A stretch of DNA of 64,000 bases. It comes from Desulfobacterales bacterium (lineage in GTDB: Bacteria > Desulfobacterota > Desulfobacteria > Desulfobacterales > UBA2174). The translations under genes were made by a program, and so were the position numbers. The notes under the pieces are model-generated. The model saw only the letters and a list, made by a program, of their open reading frames with translations. It was not told the DNA's origin and searched no databases. Where the stretch lies: assembly GCA_963668645.2 (NCBI GenBank), contig CAXXWC010000018.1:32001-96000 (forward strand), in the 5' to 3' direction. Of the stretch, positions 1-14,586 are shown in pieces (positions within the stretch are counted from its first letter, which is position 1; each line of letters opens with the position of its first letter).

Positions 1-15
1 ACATGCGGAGGGGGC

Positions 16-1377
16 ATGGACATCGCCAGATACTGGAAGACCATCGTGGACACCTTGCAGGATGGCCTGATGGTGGTGGACCCCAAAGGGCGCATCGTCG
101 CCGCAAACCCGGCGGCCGAGCGGATCACCGGGTACGCGGCCCACGAAATGATCGGCAAGTCTTGTCGCATCCTGAACTGTACGGGATGCGATATCATCGG
201 CCAGGGGGCCGGGGCCAAGTGGTGCAGCCTTTTTCGCAAAGGCGCCGTACGGGAAAAACGCTGCCTGATTACCCACAAGGACCGCCACACGGTGCACATC
301 ATCAAGAGCGCCGCGGTGCTGCGTGACCAAGACGGCGAAATTCTCGGTGCGGTGGAAACCCTGACCGACATCACGGAAAAAATCCGCCAACAGCTGGAAA
401 TCAGCCAGCTGCGCAAGACCTTCCACCTCGACGAGGGCTATCACGGCATCCTGGGCAAATCCCAGGTGATGCTCGATCTGTTCGAGTTGATCGAGAACGT
501 GGCCCAGTCCGACACCCCGGTCATGATCCAGGGTGAAAGCGGCAGCGGCAAGGAACTGGTGGCGCGGGCGATTCATCAGGCCAGCGCTCGCCGGTCCAGG
601 GCCTACGTCAAGGTCAACTGCGCCGCTTTGAATGAAAATCTACTCGAAAGCGAACTCTTCGGCCATGTCAAGGGGGCTTATACCGGGGCCGACCGCACCC
701 GGGTGGGCCGTTTCGAAGCGGCCCACGAAGGGACCATTTTCCTGGACGAGATCGGCGACATCCCTCCGGCCATTCAGATCAAGCTGCTGCGGGTCCTCGA
801 GGACCGCAAGATCGAGCGGGTGGGCGACAATCGGCCCATCCCGGTGGATGTGCGGGTCATCTCGGCCACCCACAAGAATCTGGAGGCCCTGATCGAAAAG
901 GGCCTGTTCAGGGAAGACCTCTATTTCAGGATCAACGTCTTTCCGCTCGCCTGCCCGCCCTTGTCCCAGCGCCGGGAAGACATCCCGCTCATCGCCCTGA
1001 GCTTCATCCAGCGCAATGCGGTTACCAGCGGCAAGCGGATCGTCGGAATGACGCCCGAAGCCCTGGAGGCCCTGACCCGCTACGACTGGCCCGGCAATGT
1101 GCGGGAGCTGCGCAATGCCATCGAATATGCCTTTGTGCTCTGCCACGGCGGGGACATCGGGATCGCGGATCTGCCCAAACGGATCACCGGCGCAACGGGC
1201 CCATCCGGGGCGGTCTGCCTACCATCGGCGGGAACGAATCCGAACCGCCAGCGGTTGATCGAGGCACTGCGCAAGACCGGCGGTAATCAGTCCAGAGCCG
1301 CCAAGACCCTGGGTGTCAGCCGGGTGACGGTCTGGAAGTGGATGAAGCGCTGGCAGATCGACATGCATCAGATATAG
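16..1377 (+). CDS. PAS-domain sigma-54-dependent transcriptional activator (NtrC/Fis family)
   Basis: N-terminal PAS; Walker A GESGSGKE; GAYTGA loop; FLDEIG; WPGNVREL; C-terminal Fis-type HTH. Confidence 0.95.
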   Translation: MDIARYWKTIVDTLQDGLMVVDPKGRIVAANPAAERITGYAAHEMIGKSCRILNCTGCDIIGQGAGAKWCSLFRKGAVREKRCLITHKDRHTVHIIKSAAVLRDQDGEILGAVETLTDITEKIRQQLEISQLRKTFHLDEGYHGILGKSQVMLDLFELIENVAQSDTPVMIQGESGSGKELVARAIHQASARRSRAYVKVNCAALNENLLESELFGHVKGAYTGADRTRVGRFEAAHEGTIFLDEIGDIPPAIQIKLLRVLEDRKIERVGDNRPIPVDVRVISATHKNLEALIEKGLFREDLYFRINVFPLACPPLSQRREDIPLIALSFIQRNAVTSGKRIVGMTPEALEALTRYDWPGNVRELRNAIEYAFVLCHGGDIGIADLPKRITGATGPSGAVCLPSAGTNPNRQRLIEALRKTGGNQSRAAKTLGVSRVTVWKWMKRWQIDMHQI

Positions 1378-1434
1378 ATTCGGTTTTTTCCATTTCGAGG
1401 CCTGAACCCATGGCCATCGCCAAGAGAGGGGAGC

Positions 1435-1839
1435 ATGCGCGTTCTGTTTTGGTACTGCGATCGATTCGCCTGGAACCCGGCCGTCAAGACCCTGGAAGAC
1501 GTTCCGGACGCCGCACCCAGCGCCTACGAGAAAGCCGTGGTGGCCTTTATCCACGTCGAGCCCAAGGATGTGGGCGACGGCGGGGTTGAAACCAAGTTGG
1601 TCAAGAACGCCAAGTGGCTGGCCCGCAAATGGGACACCGATCTGGTCATCCTGCATTCGTTTACCCACCTGGGCGAGACCAAGGCCGAACCGGCCGGGGC
1701 CAAGGTGCTCATCGACCGGGTGCAGCAACGGCTGGAAAGCGTCGCTTACCGCGCCGTCCAGACCTCCTACGGGTATTTCAACGATCTGACCCTTCAGGCC
1801 CAGGGGCATCCCCTGGCACGCATTTTCAAAGAATTTTAA
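1435..1839 (+). CDS. Free-standing archaeal-type threonyl-tRNA synthetase editing-domain protein
   Basis: 134 aa; VVAFIHVE..D, LHSFTHL, YGYF and C-terminal GHPLAR resemble the archaeal ThrRS editing (DTD-like) domain; GGAG RBS. Confidence 0.8.
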   Translation: MRVLFWYCDRFAWNPAVKTLEDVPDAAPSAYEKAVVAFIHVEPKDVGDGGVETKLVKNAKWLARKWDTDLVILHSFTHLGETKAEPAGAKVLIDRVQQRLESVAYRAVQTSYGYFNDLTLQAQGHPLARIFKEF

Positions 1840-1936
1840 GACAACAAAGATTGACAAGTGCTCGGGTGGCGTCTTAAGACCGATCTTCGCCGCCGAAGAT
1901 CTGTCTGGACGGCGCCACGCTCTCATCGTTTCCGCC

Positions 1937-1980
1937 GACGGGCTCCGCGCTCCCCCCACAGCGCCTTGAGCCGTCTTTTT
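1937..1980 (+). terminator. Possible intrinsic terminator or attenuator hairpin upstream of the acyl-CoA synthetase
   Basis: GACGG(G)CTC...GAGCCGTC stem with inner GCGCT/AGCGC pairing, followed by TTTTT. Confidence 0.45.
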
Positions 1981-2023
1981 GCGGAAAGTATCCATCACAT
2001 CCCAAATGAAAGGAGATCCAAAG

Positions 2024-3703
2024 ATGCAGGTACCGCAGTTCATCGTCGGCCAGACCACCATCGGTCAGCTCGTGGATCTGGTGGCGGATCAATTCGGCGA
2101 CAGCACGGCTCTGGTCTATCACAGGCTGGGGATCCACATGAATTACCGGCAGCTGCGCGATCAATGCAACGCGGTGGCCAAGGGGTTCATGGCGCTGGGG
2201 GTGGAAAAGGGGGAAAAGGTCGCCATCTGGGCCAATAACGTGCCCCAGTGGGTGCTGACCCAGTTCGGCACCGGCAAGATGGGGGCAGTGATGGTGACGG
2301 TGAACACCAACTATCGCAGCTTCGAGCTGGAGTATCTGATGAAGCAGTCCGATGCAACGACTCTGCTGCTCGTCGGCGGGGTGCGCGCGGACGACGAATA
2401 CCTGAAAGTCCTCGACGAGGTCTGCCCGGAACTTAGGCAGTGCCGGCCCGGGCAGCTGGTGTGCGAGAAGCTGCCCAAGCTGAAAAACGTCGTTTTTCTC
2501 GGCGAATCCCAGCACCCGGGAATGTACACCTGGGAAGAGCTGCTGGCCCTGGGCGCCGCAGTCGAGGATGCCGAGCTGAAGGCCCGCCAGGACGGTATGG
2601 ACCCGGACGAGGTGATCAACATGCAGTACACCTCGGGGACCACCGGCTTTCCCAAGGGGGTTCAACTGAGCCACACCAACCTGATCGGCAACGCCAAGAG
2701 CATGGCCGAGTGCATGCGCCTGTCCTGCCAGGATACCCTCTGCATCCCGGTCCCCTTTTTCCACTGCTTCGGTTGCGTGATCGGCACACTCTGTTCCATG
2801 GTTTCGGCCACCGCCATGGCGCCGGTGGTCGCCTTCGATCCCGTCGATGTGCTCGAAACACTGCAAGCCTCGCGCTGCACGGCCCTGCACGGGGTGCCCA
2901 CCATGTTCATCGCCGAGCTGGAAGAAATGAAAAACAAGGCTTACGACACCTCCAGCCTGCGCACCGGCGTGATGGCCGGTTCACCGTGCCCCATCGAGGT
3001 GATGAAACAGGTGGTTTCCACCATGGGGGCCGGGGAGATGACCATCGTTTACGGGCAGACCGAGGCCTCGCCGGGGGTGACCCAGACCCGGCCGGAGGAC
3101 TCCCTTGAGCTGCGGGTCACCACGGTGGGCCGCGCCCTGCCCAACGTGGAGGTCATGATCGTGGACCCATCCAGCGGCAAGGAGGTCGAGCGCGGCGTCC
3201 AGGGCGAGCTGTGCACCCGCGGCTACCACGTGATGAAAGGGTACTATAAAAATCCTCAAGCCACCGCCGAGACCGTCGACCCGCAGGGCTGGCTGCACAC
3301 CGGAGACCTGGCTGTGATGGACGAAAACGGATATTGCAAGATCACCGGGCGGATCAAGGATATGATCATCCGCGGCGGCGAGAACATCTATCCGCGGGAA
3401 ATCGAGGAATTTCTCTACACCCACCCGGAGATCAAGGACGTTCAGGTGGTGGGCGTGCCCAGTCGCAAGTACGGCGAAGAAGTGGTGGCTTTTGTACAGA
3501 TCAAAGACGGGTTGCCCCTGACCGGTGAAGACCTGCGCGCTTTTTGCACCGGCAAGATCGCCTTTCACAAGATTCCGGCCTACTTCATCTTCGTCGATCA
3601 GTATCCGACCACGGCCAGCGGCAAGATTCAGAAGTACAAGCTGCGCCAGGAGGCCGTCGCCCGCCTCAACCGCGAGGCGGATGCCCGGATCGAGACGGCC
3701 TGA
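2024..3703 (+). CDS. AMP-binding acyl-CoA synthetase
   Basis: QYTSGTTGFPKG, YGQTE, GWLHTGD, GRIKDMIIRGGENI, TASGKIQK; AGGAG RBS before ATG 2024. Confidence 0.95.
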   Translation: MQVPQFIVGQTTIGQLVDLVADQFGDSTALVYHRLGIHMNYRQLRDQCNAVAKGFMALGVEKGEKVAIWANNVPQWVLTQFGTGKMGAVMVTVNTNYRSFELEYLMKQSDATTLLLVGGVRADDEYLKVLDEVCPELRQCRPGQLVCEKLPKLKNVVFLGESQHPGMYTWEELLALGAAVEDAELKARQDGMDPDEVINMQYTSGTTGFPKGVQLSHTNLIGNAKSMAECMRLSCQDTLCIPVPFFHCFGCVIGTLCSMVSATAMAPVVAFDPVDVLETLQASRCTALHGVPTMFIAELEEMKNKAYDTSSLRTGVMAGSPCPIEVMKQVVSTMGAGEMTIVYGQTEASPGVTQTRPEDSLELRVTTVGRALPNVEVMIVDPSSGKEVERGVQGELCTRGYHVMKGYYKNPQATAETVDPQGWLHTGDLAVMDENGYCKITGRIKDMIIRGGENIYPREIEEFLYTHPEIKDVQVVGVPSRKYGEEVVAFVQIKDGLPLTGEDLRAFCTGKIAFHKIPAYFIFVDQYPTTASGKIQKYKLRQEAVARLNREADARIETA

Positions 3704-3866
3704 TAGAGACGGAAGGGGCAAGGAGGACCGTCACTTATGGAATGGGAAGGCCGCTTTGCGCCGGTCTGGATGGGGCGCCAAGCGGCACGAAGAGGATCCG
3801 CTGCGGGCGTGAGGCGCGGGTCCGGGTCTTGGGCCTCGCCCCCACGCGGGGCCGGTGGAAAAGATC

Positions 3867-4766
3867 ATGACGTATAATTTCGACCCGGACAAGTGGTATG
3901 ACAATGAACTTGCTTTCCTGCGGCTGAAGCTCGAATCCGGCCAAATGGCGGTGCAGGCCTTTCAAGACGCCGTGGACGCGCTCGACCGGCGCCATGAACA
4001 GATGTGGCGCCGCTTGGACGGCACCTATCAAATCCCTCAAGCTTGCCGCCACGATCGTCCCGCGGCCCGGATCGCCTGGCCGGTGCTGACCGTCGGCCGC
4101 CTGATTCGGCGTTACAAAAGGTTTCTGGCCGATGTGCGCCTCGACACGGGGGAGACGGTCACGGCCCATTGCCCCAATTCCGGGCGGATGATCGGCTGTG
4201 CCGAACCGGGCCGGCCGGTTTATCTTTCCTTTCATGACAATCCCAAGCGCAAGCTTCGCTACACCTGGGAACTCATCGACATGCCCGCTTCCCTGGTGGG
4301 CGTCAACACCCTGGTGCCCAATCGCCTGGTGGCCCTGGCCGCAGCCGCCGGCCAGGTGCCACAGCTCGATTCGGATGCCGCCATCCGGCCCGAGGTGCCG
4401 GTGGCGCACCATACCCGGCTCGATCTTTGCCTCACCGACGCCGCAGGCCGCCACACCTTCGTAGAGGTCAAGAACTGCACCCTGGTGGAAGACGGCCGGG
4501 CCCTTTTCCCCGACGCGGTCACGGCCCGGGGCCGCAAGCACCTGGACGTTCTGGCCGAGCTGCACCGCTCGGGCCACCGGAGCGTGATTTTCTTTCTGGT
4601 CCAGCGGATGGATGCCGATCGCTTTGCCCCGGCCAATGACATCGATCCGGCCTACGGTCAGGCACTGAGGCGGGCGGTGGACCAAGGCGTGGAGGTCCTG
4701 GTTTACGATACGTGCATTGATCTGGAGGGCATCGCCTTGAACCGTCGCCTGCCGCTGGTCTGGTAG
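3867..4766 (+). CDS. sfsA: SfsA nuclease-fold protein with a ~60-aa N-terminal extension
   Basis: RRYKRFLADV, HCPNSGRM, VEVKNCTL, FPDAVTARGRKH, IDPAY; preceded in frame by MTYNFDPDKWY...LDGTYQIP. Confidence 0.9.
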   Translation: MTYNFDPDKWYDNELAFLRLKLESGQMAVQAFQDAVDALDRRHEQMWRRLDGTYQIPQACRHDRPAARIAWPVLTVGRLIRRYKRFLADVRLDTGETVTAHCPNSGRMIGCAEPGRPVYLSFHDNPKRKLRYTWELIDMPASLVGVNTLVPNRLVALAAAAGQVPQLDSDAAIRPEVPVAHHTRLDLCLTDAAGRHTFVEVKNCTLVEDGRALFPDAVTARGRKHLDVLAELHRSGHRSVIFFLVQRMDADRFAPANDIDPAYGQALRRAVDQGVEVLVYDTCIDLEGIALNRRLPLVW

Positions 4767-4794
4767 CCGCGGTGGGGTTTTCTTTTCCCGGGTG

Positions 4795-5418
4795 CTATCC
4801 TTTATTGATCAACAGCGCCAGGCCGAGGCGATTGGCGGTCTGGGTCTTTTCGTAAATCGAGGTGAGGTGGGCTTTCACGGTGCGTTCGGTGATGTTCAAT
4901 GCGGCGGCGATTTCCATGTTTGATCGACCCACGGCTACATGCTGGGCGATTTCCTGCTCGCGGCCGGTCAATCCCTCTATCTGCTTTTTCCGCTCCGGAT
5001 CGGCACAGGTTGCTTTCGGGCGTCCATGGGCCTCGGCGATCAGAAGCTGGATGACTTTCTGGCCGACCCAGACCGATCCGTTTTCAATGGTGTGGATCGC
5101 AGCCAGCATGCGTGCGCGGGAGATGTAGGTATTGGCGTAACCGACGATACCGCGTTTTACAAATGCGAGGCCCTCGTTTTCATCCGGCCGGTCCGAGAGC
5201 AGAAAGAACTTGATGGCCGGGGCGCCGGTGAGCATCGCCGAAAGGGTTTCGCGGTCGATCAGGGAGCGGTGGACCAAGGCCAGCTCGAACCAGCCGCGGG
5301 TGCTCAAGGCTTGCAGTTCCTTTACGGATAGGGCCTGAGTCATGCGATGGGCCCCGTTCAGGTGCCCGGCCCAGCGTTTGACCACGTCTCGATTGGCGCT
5401 TGCCAAGATGATCTTCAT
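4795..5418 (-). CDS. LuxR/NarL-family regulator with an atypical receiver domain
   Basis: LTGREQEI...GRSNMEIA..LNITERTVKAH HTH; starts 4 bp after the lapC stop. Confidence 0.9.
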   Translation of the reverse strand: MKIILASANRDVVKRWAGHLNGAHRMTQALSVKELQALSTRGWFELALVHRSLIDRETLSAMLTGAPAIKFFLLSDRPDENEGLAFVKRGIVGYANTYISRARMLAAIHTIENGSVWVGQKVIQLLIAEAHGRPKATCADPERKKQIEGLTGREQEIAQHVAVGRSNMEIAAALNITERTVKAHLTSIYEKTQTANRLGLALLINKG

Positions 5419-5422
5419 CTGA

Positions 5423-6775
5423 TCAACGCTCCCTTAGCGCCATATACTTGGCCCTTAAAACCGGTTTTAAGAGGTAGGAGAGGATCGTCTTTTTGCCGGT
5501 CAGAATATCGACGCTGGTCACCATGCCCGGGATGATCGGCAGGGGGGCGTTTTCGCTGCCGAGATAGTTTTTCTGGGTGCGCACGTTGACAAGATAATAA
5601 CTGTTGCCCTGCTCGTCGGTGATACTGTCGGCGCCGATGTTCTCCACCGCGCCCTCCAGTCCTCCGTAGATGGTGTAATCATAGGCCGTGAATTTGACCT
5701 TGGCCTTCTGTTTAGGGCTTAAAAATGCGATATCCGAAGGTTTGATGCGCGTTTCAACCAGCAGGGTGTCATCAATGGGGACGATCTCGATCAGATCCAT
5801 CCCCGGCTGGATCACACCGCCGACCGTGTTGACCAAAACGCGCTTGACGGTGCCGTTGACCGGTGAGCGGACTGCGGTGCGTTGGAGCCGGTCCTCCAGG
5901 GCGATGGCGTTGGCTGAAAATTCCTCCAGTTGCGCCATCACATCGTTCAACTCCGCCTTGGCCTTGTTGTAATATCCCAAGCGCCCCTCCTCCAGCGAGA
6001 GCAGGGCCTCCTCGATCTTGGATCTGGCCCGGGGAATGGCCATCCGGGTGGCGGCGATGTCGCCGGTGATCTCGCTGGCCTGGCGCTCCAGGCGCAGCAC
6101 TTCCACTTCGCTGGCAGCCCCCTGTTTCACCAGGGGCCGGGTCAGTTCCAGTTCCTTCTGGACCAGGGCGTTGGTGCGGGTCAGCTCTGTAAGCCGGGTA
6201 TTGAGTTCGCGGATCTCCTGGCGGCGCTGGGAGACCTGTTCGTTACGGATCGCCTGGCTCGATTCAAACTCCTTGATCCGCGTGCGATACAGTTCGCGCT
6301 CCCTGCGGGCGATCTCGGGCATCTCCTTGAGGACCTCTTCGGGCACCTCGAAGTTCTCGCCGCTCGCCTCGGCCCGCAAACGGGCCGCCTTGGCCAGAAA
6401 GGACAGGTACTTGACCCGGTTCTGCTGGAAAGATGAGGAAAAGCGCTTTTCGTCGATGCGCAGCAGCAGTTGCTCTTTTTTGACCATATCGCCCACATTG
6501 ACGTGAATCTCGGAGAGGATTCCGCCTTCGAGATTCTGGACCACCTGGATCTGGCCCGAAGGGATGACCTTGCCGCTGCCCCGGGTGACCTGTTCGATCT
6601 CCGAAACGCTGGCCCAGTAAAAGAAGATCCCCACCAGCAAAATGGTGACGTAAATGATGGCACGTCCGCCGCCGGGGGTCTGGGCGAGAATCGAGGTGCG
6701 GATGTCGGTGGCCAGATTCACGTCCTGGGCCGGCATCCGGTAGAAAAGATCCTGTTTTTCGCCGCCTGTGGTCAA
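5423..6775 (-). CDS. lapC: HlyD-family type I secretion periplasmic adaptor (LapC-like)
   Basis: N-terminal TM; GKVIPSGQIQVVQNLEGG; RSPVNG; IIPGM; LSYLLKP. Start uncertain (TTG 6775 or ATG 6736). Confidence 0.9.
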   Translation of the reverse strand: MTTGGEKQDLFYRMPAQDVNLATDIRTSILAQTPGGGRAIIYVTILLVGIFFYWASVSEIEQVTRGSGKVIPSGQIQVVQNLEGGILSEIHVNVGDMVKKEQLLLRIDEKRFSSSFQQNRVKYLSFLAKAARLRAEASGENFEVPEEVLKEMPEIARRERELYRTRIKEFESSQAIRNEQVSQRRQEIRELNTRLTELTRTNALVQKELELTRPLVKQGAASEVEVLRLERQASEITGDIAATRMAIPRARSKIEEALLSLEEGRLGYYNKAKAELNDVMAQLEEFSANAIALEDRLQRTAVRSPVNGTVKRVLVNTVGGVIQPGMDLIEIVPIDDTLLVETRIKPSDIAFLSPKQKAKVKFTAYDYTIYGGLEGAVENIGADSITDEQGNSYYLVNVRTQKNYLGSENAPLPIIPGMVTSVDILTGKKTILSYLLKPVLRAKYMALRER

Positions 6776-6792
6776 CTTGAAGTTTCCTCTGG

Positions 6793-9006
6793 TTAGATTT
6801 TGAGCTGTCCGCTTTTGAGCGCTTCCAAAACCGAGGCCTTGGGGCCGTCGGCCACCACCGCGCCGTTGTCGATGACGATGAGCCGGTCGACCATATCCAG
6901 CATGGAGGCGCGATGGGTGATCAGCAGCAGGGTCTTGCCCTTGACCAGGCGCGCCAGGTTGCGTTTGAGCAACCCTTCGGTCTTGTTGTCCATGTTGCTG
7001 GTCGGCTCATCGAGGACCAGCACCGGCGGGTCCAGTAGCAGGGCCCGGGCCAAAACGATGCACTGGCGCTGGCCTCCGGACAATCCACGCCCGCCTTCCT
7101 GGACCTGCATGTCGAACCCCATGGGGTGTCTCTTCACGAAGAGTTCGACCCCGGCGTTCCGGGCCGCCTCCATGATCTGGGCGTCCTCGATGTTGTAGGT
7201 GCCGATGGTGATGTTGTCTCTGACCGTGCCGCGAAAGAGCATGATGTCCTGGGGTACGTAGCCCACAAAGCGTCTCAGCTCGGCCGGATCGATCTGCCGG
7301 ATGTCGGTGCCGTCCATGCTGACCATGCCACCGGTGGGTTGATAGAGCCCCAGGGTCAGCTTGCCCAAGGTGGTCTTGCCCGAACCCACCGGCCCGACGA
7401 TGCCGACCCGTTCGCCGGCCGCGATTTCCAGCGTGATGTCGTTGATCACGTTGATCTTCTGATCCGGGTAGGAAAAGGTCAGGTTCTTGATGCCGATGGC
7501 CCCTTCGAAGCGTTCCCGATGCAAGAATGACTTACCCGCCGGGCGCTCCACGGGCAGTTCCATGATGTTGTTCAGGGACTTGAGAGCCGCGCGGGCCCGA
7601 TGGTAGCGAGTGGCCAGATTGACCACCTGGGCCATCGGGGCCACGGCCTGGCGGGTGAGGATCACCAGGGCGATCAGCCCGCCGGTGGTCAGCAGGCCCG
7701 AGCTGATCTGGTAGACCCCGGCCACGACCACCGCCACCACCACTACGCTTTGCACGAAAAAGGCGAAATGGTTCACCGAGGAAGACAAAAGCCGCGAACG
7801 GACGCTCCAGCGGGAGATGAATGCCACCGCCTCTTCCCAGGACCGTTGGACCTGGCTTTCGGCCCCCAGCATCTTGATGGTCTCCAGGCCGGACAACCCT
7901 TCCACCAGCAGGGCGTTTTTTTGGCTTGCGGCCTGCAGGGAATTGCGCACGGCCTTTTGCATCGGCCCCTGGATGATGACGGCGTAGAGCAAGAGCAAAA
8001 GGATGGCCGCGATATGAATCAGGACGATGTCCTTGCCGATGTACCAGATCACGGCAAGGCCGAGGCCCACGAAGGGCAGATCGATGAGCGCCGTGATGGA
8101 AAAAGAGGTGATAAAGTCGCGTATGCTCTCGAATTCCTGTAAGTTTTTGGTGAATGAACCGATCGATTGGGGCCGGGCTTCCATGCGCAGGCCGAGCACT
8201 TTTTGCAGGAGCATCGACGAGATCCGCAGATCGACCTTCTTGCCGGCCTCGTCGACAAAATAGCCACGCAGGGCCCGCATCACCACGGCGAAAACGTAGA
8301 TCACACAGATTCCCACCGCCAGCACCCAGAGGGTCTCCACGGCGTGGTTGGGGATGACCCGATCGTAGACGTTGAGCACGAAAAAAGGGCTGGCCAGGCC
8401 GAAGATATTGATGAGCAGCGAGGCCACAAAAACGTCCCGGTAGATGCGCCAGGATTTGAACAGGGTCCCCCAGAACCAGCTGCGGGTTTTGAGGTAACCG
8501 AGGTCCTCTAAGGATTTTTGCTCCAGGCGGAATTTCGGGCCGACGAAAATGGCATAGCCGGAATAGAGCGTTTCGATTTCCTTGGGGGTTACCGATTTCT
8601 CCCCCATGCCGGTTTCGGGCAGCAGCAGCGTCAATCTCTCGCGGCCAGCTTCGGCCAGCAGGCAGGCGCTGCCGTCATTGAACAGCAACACTGCGGGGAG
8701 CTGGAAGGCGGCGAATTTTTTTAAAGGGCGTTTAATCACCCGGGCCGCCAGGTCGGCGCGTTCGGCCGCCCTGGGGAACAGTTCCACGGTAAGGCGATTT
8801 TTGACCAGCGGCAGGCCGGCGACCAGGGCGGTCTTCGAGGCCGGGCGGCTGTGGAGGCGTGCTAGCTGGACGAGGCATTCGAGAAGCGGATCGTCCAGGG
8901 GCTGGGCCCCGGAAACGGGAGGAGGCGGCGTCTCGGGCGGCAGGGTTTGTTCCGGGACGCCTGTCGCCGGCTCGGCCTGTTCTTTTCGGATCGGTTGAAT
9001 CTTCAC
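6793..9006 (-). CDS. lapB: Type I secretion ABC permease/ATPase (LapB-like, with C39-like N-terminal domain)
   Basis: NVYDRVIPN; GPVGSGKT; LSGGQRQ; LDEPTS. Confidence 0.93.
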   Translation of the reverse strand: MKIQPIRKEQAEPATGVPEQTLPPETPPPPVSGAQPLDDPLLECLVQLARLHSRPASKTALVAGLPLVKNRLTVELFPRAAERADLAARVIKRPLKKFAAFQLPAVLLFNDGSACLLAEAGRERLTLLLPETGMGEKSVTPKEIETLYSGYAIFVGPKFRLEQKSLEDLGYLKTRSWFWGTLFKSWRIYRDVFVASLLINIFGLASPFFVLNVYDRVIPNHAVETLWVLAVGICVIYVFAVVMRALRGYFVDEAGKKVDLRISSMLLQKVLGLRMEARPQSIGSFTKNLQEFESIRDFITSFSITALIDLPFVGLGLAVIWYIGKDIVLIHIAAILLLLLYAVIIQGPMQKAVRNSLQAASQKNALLVEGLSGLETIKMLGAESQVQRSWEEAVAFISRWSVRSRLLSSSVNHFAFFVQSVVVVAVVVAGVYQISSGLLTTGGLIALVILTRQAVAPMAQVVNLATRYHRARAALKSLNNIMELPVERPAGKSFLHRERFEGAIGIKNLTFSYPDQKINVINDITLEIAAGERVGIVGPVGSGKTTLGKLTLGLYQPTGGMVSMDGTDIRQIDPAELRRFVGYVPQDIMLFRGTVRDNITIGTYNIEDAQIMEAARNAGVELFVKRHPMGFDMQVQEGGRGLSGGQRQCIVLARALLLDPPVLVLDEPTSNMDNKTEGLLKRNLARLVKGKTLLLITHRASMLDMVDRLIVIDNGAVVADGPKASVLEALKSGQLKI

Positions 9007-9095
9007 GTTTTTATCATTGAAAACAGCGTCGGAAAAGGGTTAGAAGATAAAATCACGATGACGCGGTTGTCGATTACCTGAGACGAGTTCCCCAT

Positions 9096-9425
9096 ATGCT
9101 ATACGCCGAACGCGACCCCGATGGCAAGATCATCGCTTTGAGCCGCATAAAAACTCCGGGCGCCGAGGAGATCACCTCGGCCATGGACGAGGAGCTGGTC
9201 GAGTTTCTCGACCGCAACGGCGACGGCGTCGATCCGCGTTCTTTGCTCGGAGCCACCGACAGCGGCCTGATCCGGGTTATCGAAGATTTGATCAACATCC
9301 TGATCGACAAAAAAGTCATCCGCTTCACCGATCTGCCCGTGGAAGTCCAAAAGAAGATCAACGCCCGCCAGAAGATCCGCCAGCGGCTTTCGGACGAAAC
9401 CCTCATGGTGGATGATATCCTCTGA
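9096..9425 (+). CDS. Small hypothetical protein of a type seen in T1SS/lap clusters
   Basis: MLYAERDPDGKI...D..LIRVIEDLINILIDK..IRFTDLP..VQKK pattern recalled from small proteins beside T1SS loci. Confidence 0.75.
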   Translation: MLYAERDPDGKIIALSRIKTPGAEEITSAMDEELVEFLDRNGDGVDPRSLLGATDSGLIRVIEDLINILIDKKVIRFTDLPVEVQKKINARQKIRQRLSDETLMVDDIL

Positions 9426-9466
9426 GACTAGGCCGGCCCCTGACGCGGCCAGCCATCGGCCCGGTT

Positions 9467-14530
<5,064 letters not shown>

Positions 14531-14586
14531 CGGCATCACCTTTAACGGTTCTTGAAAGGGCCCGGCGCCGGTCTTCCCGACGGCGG

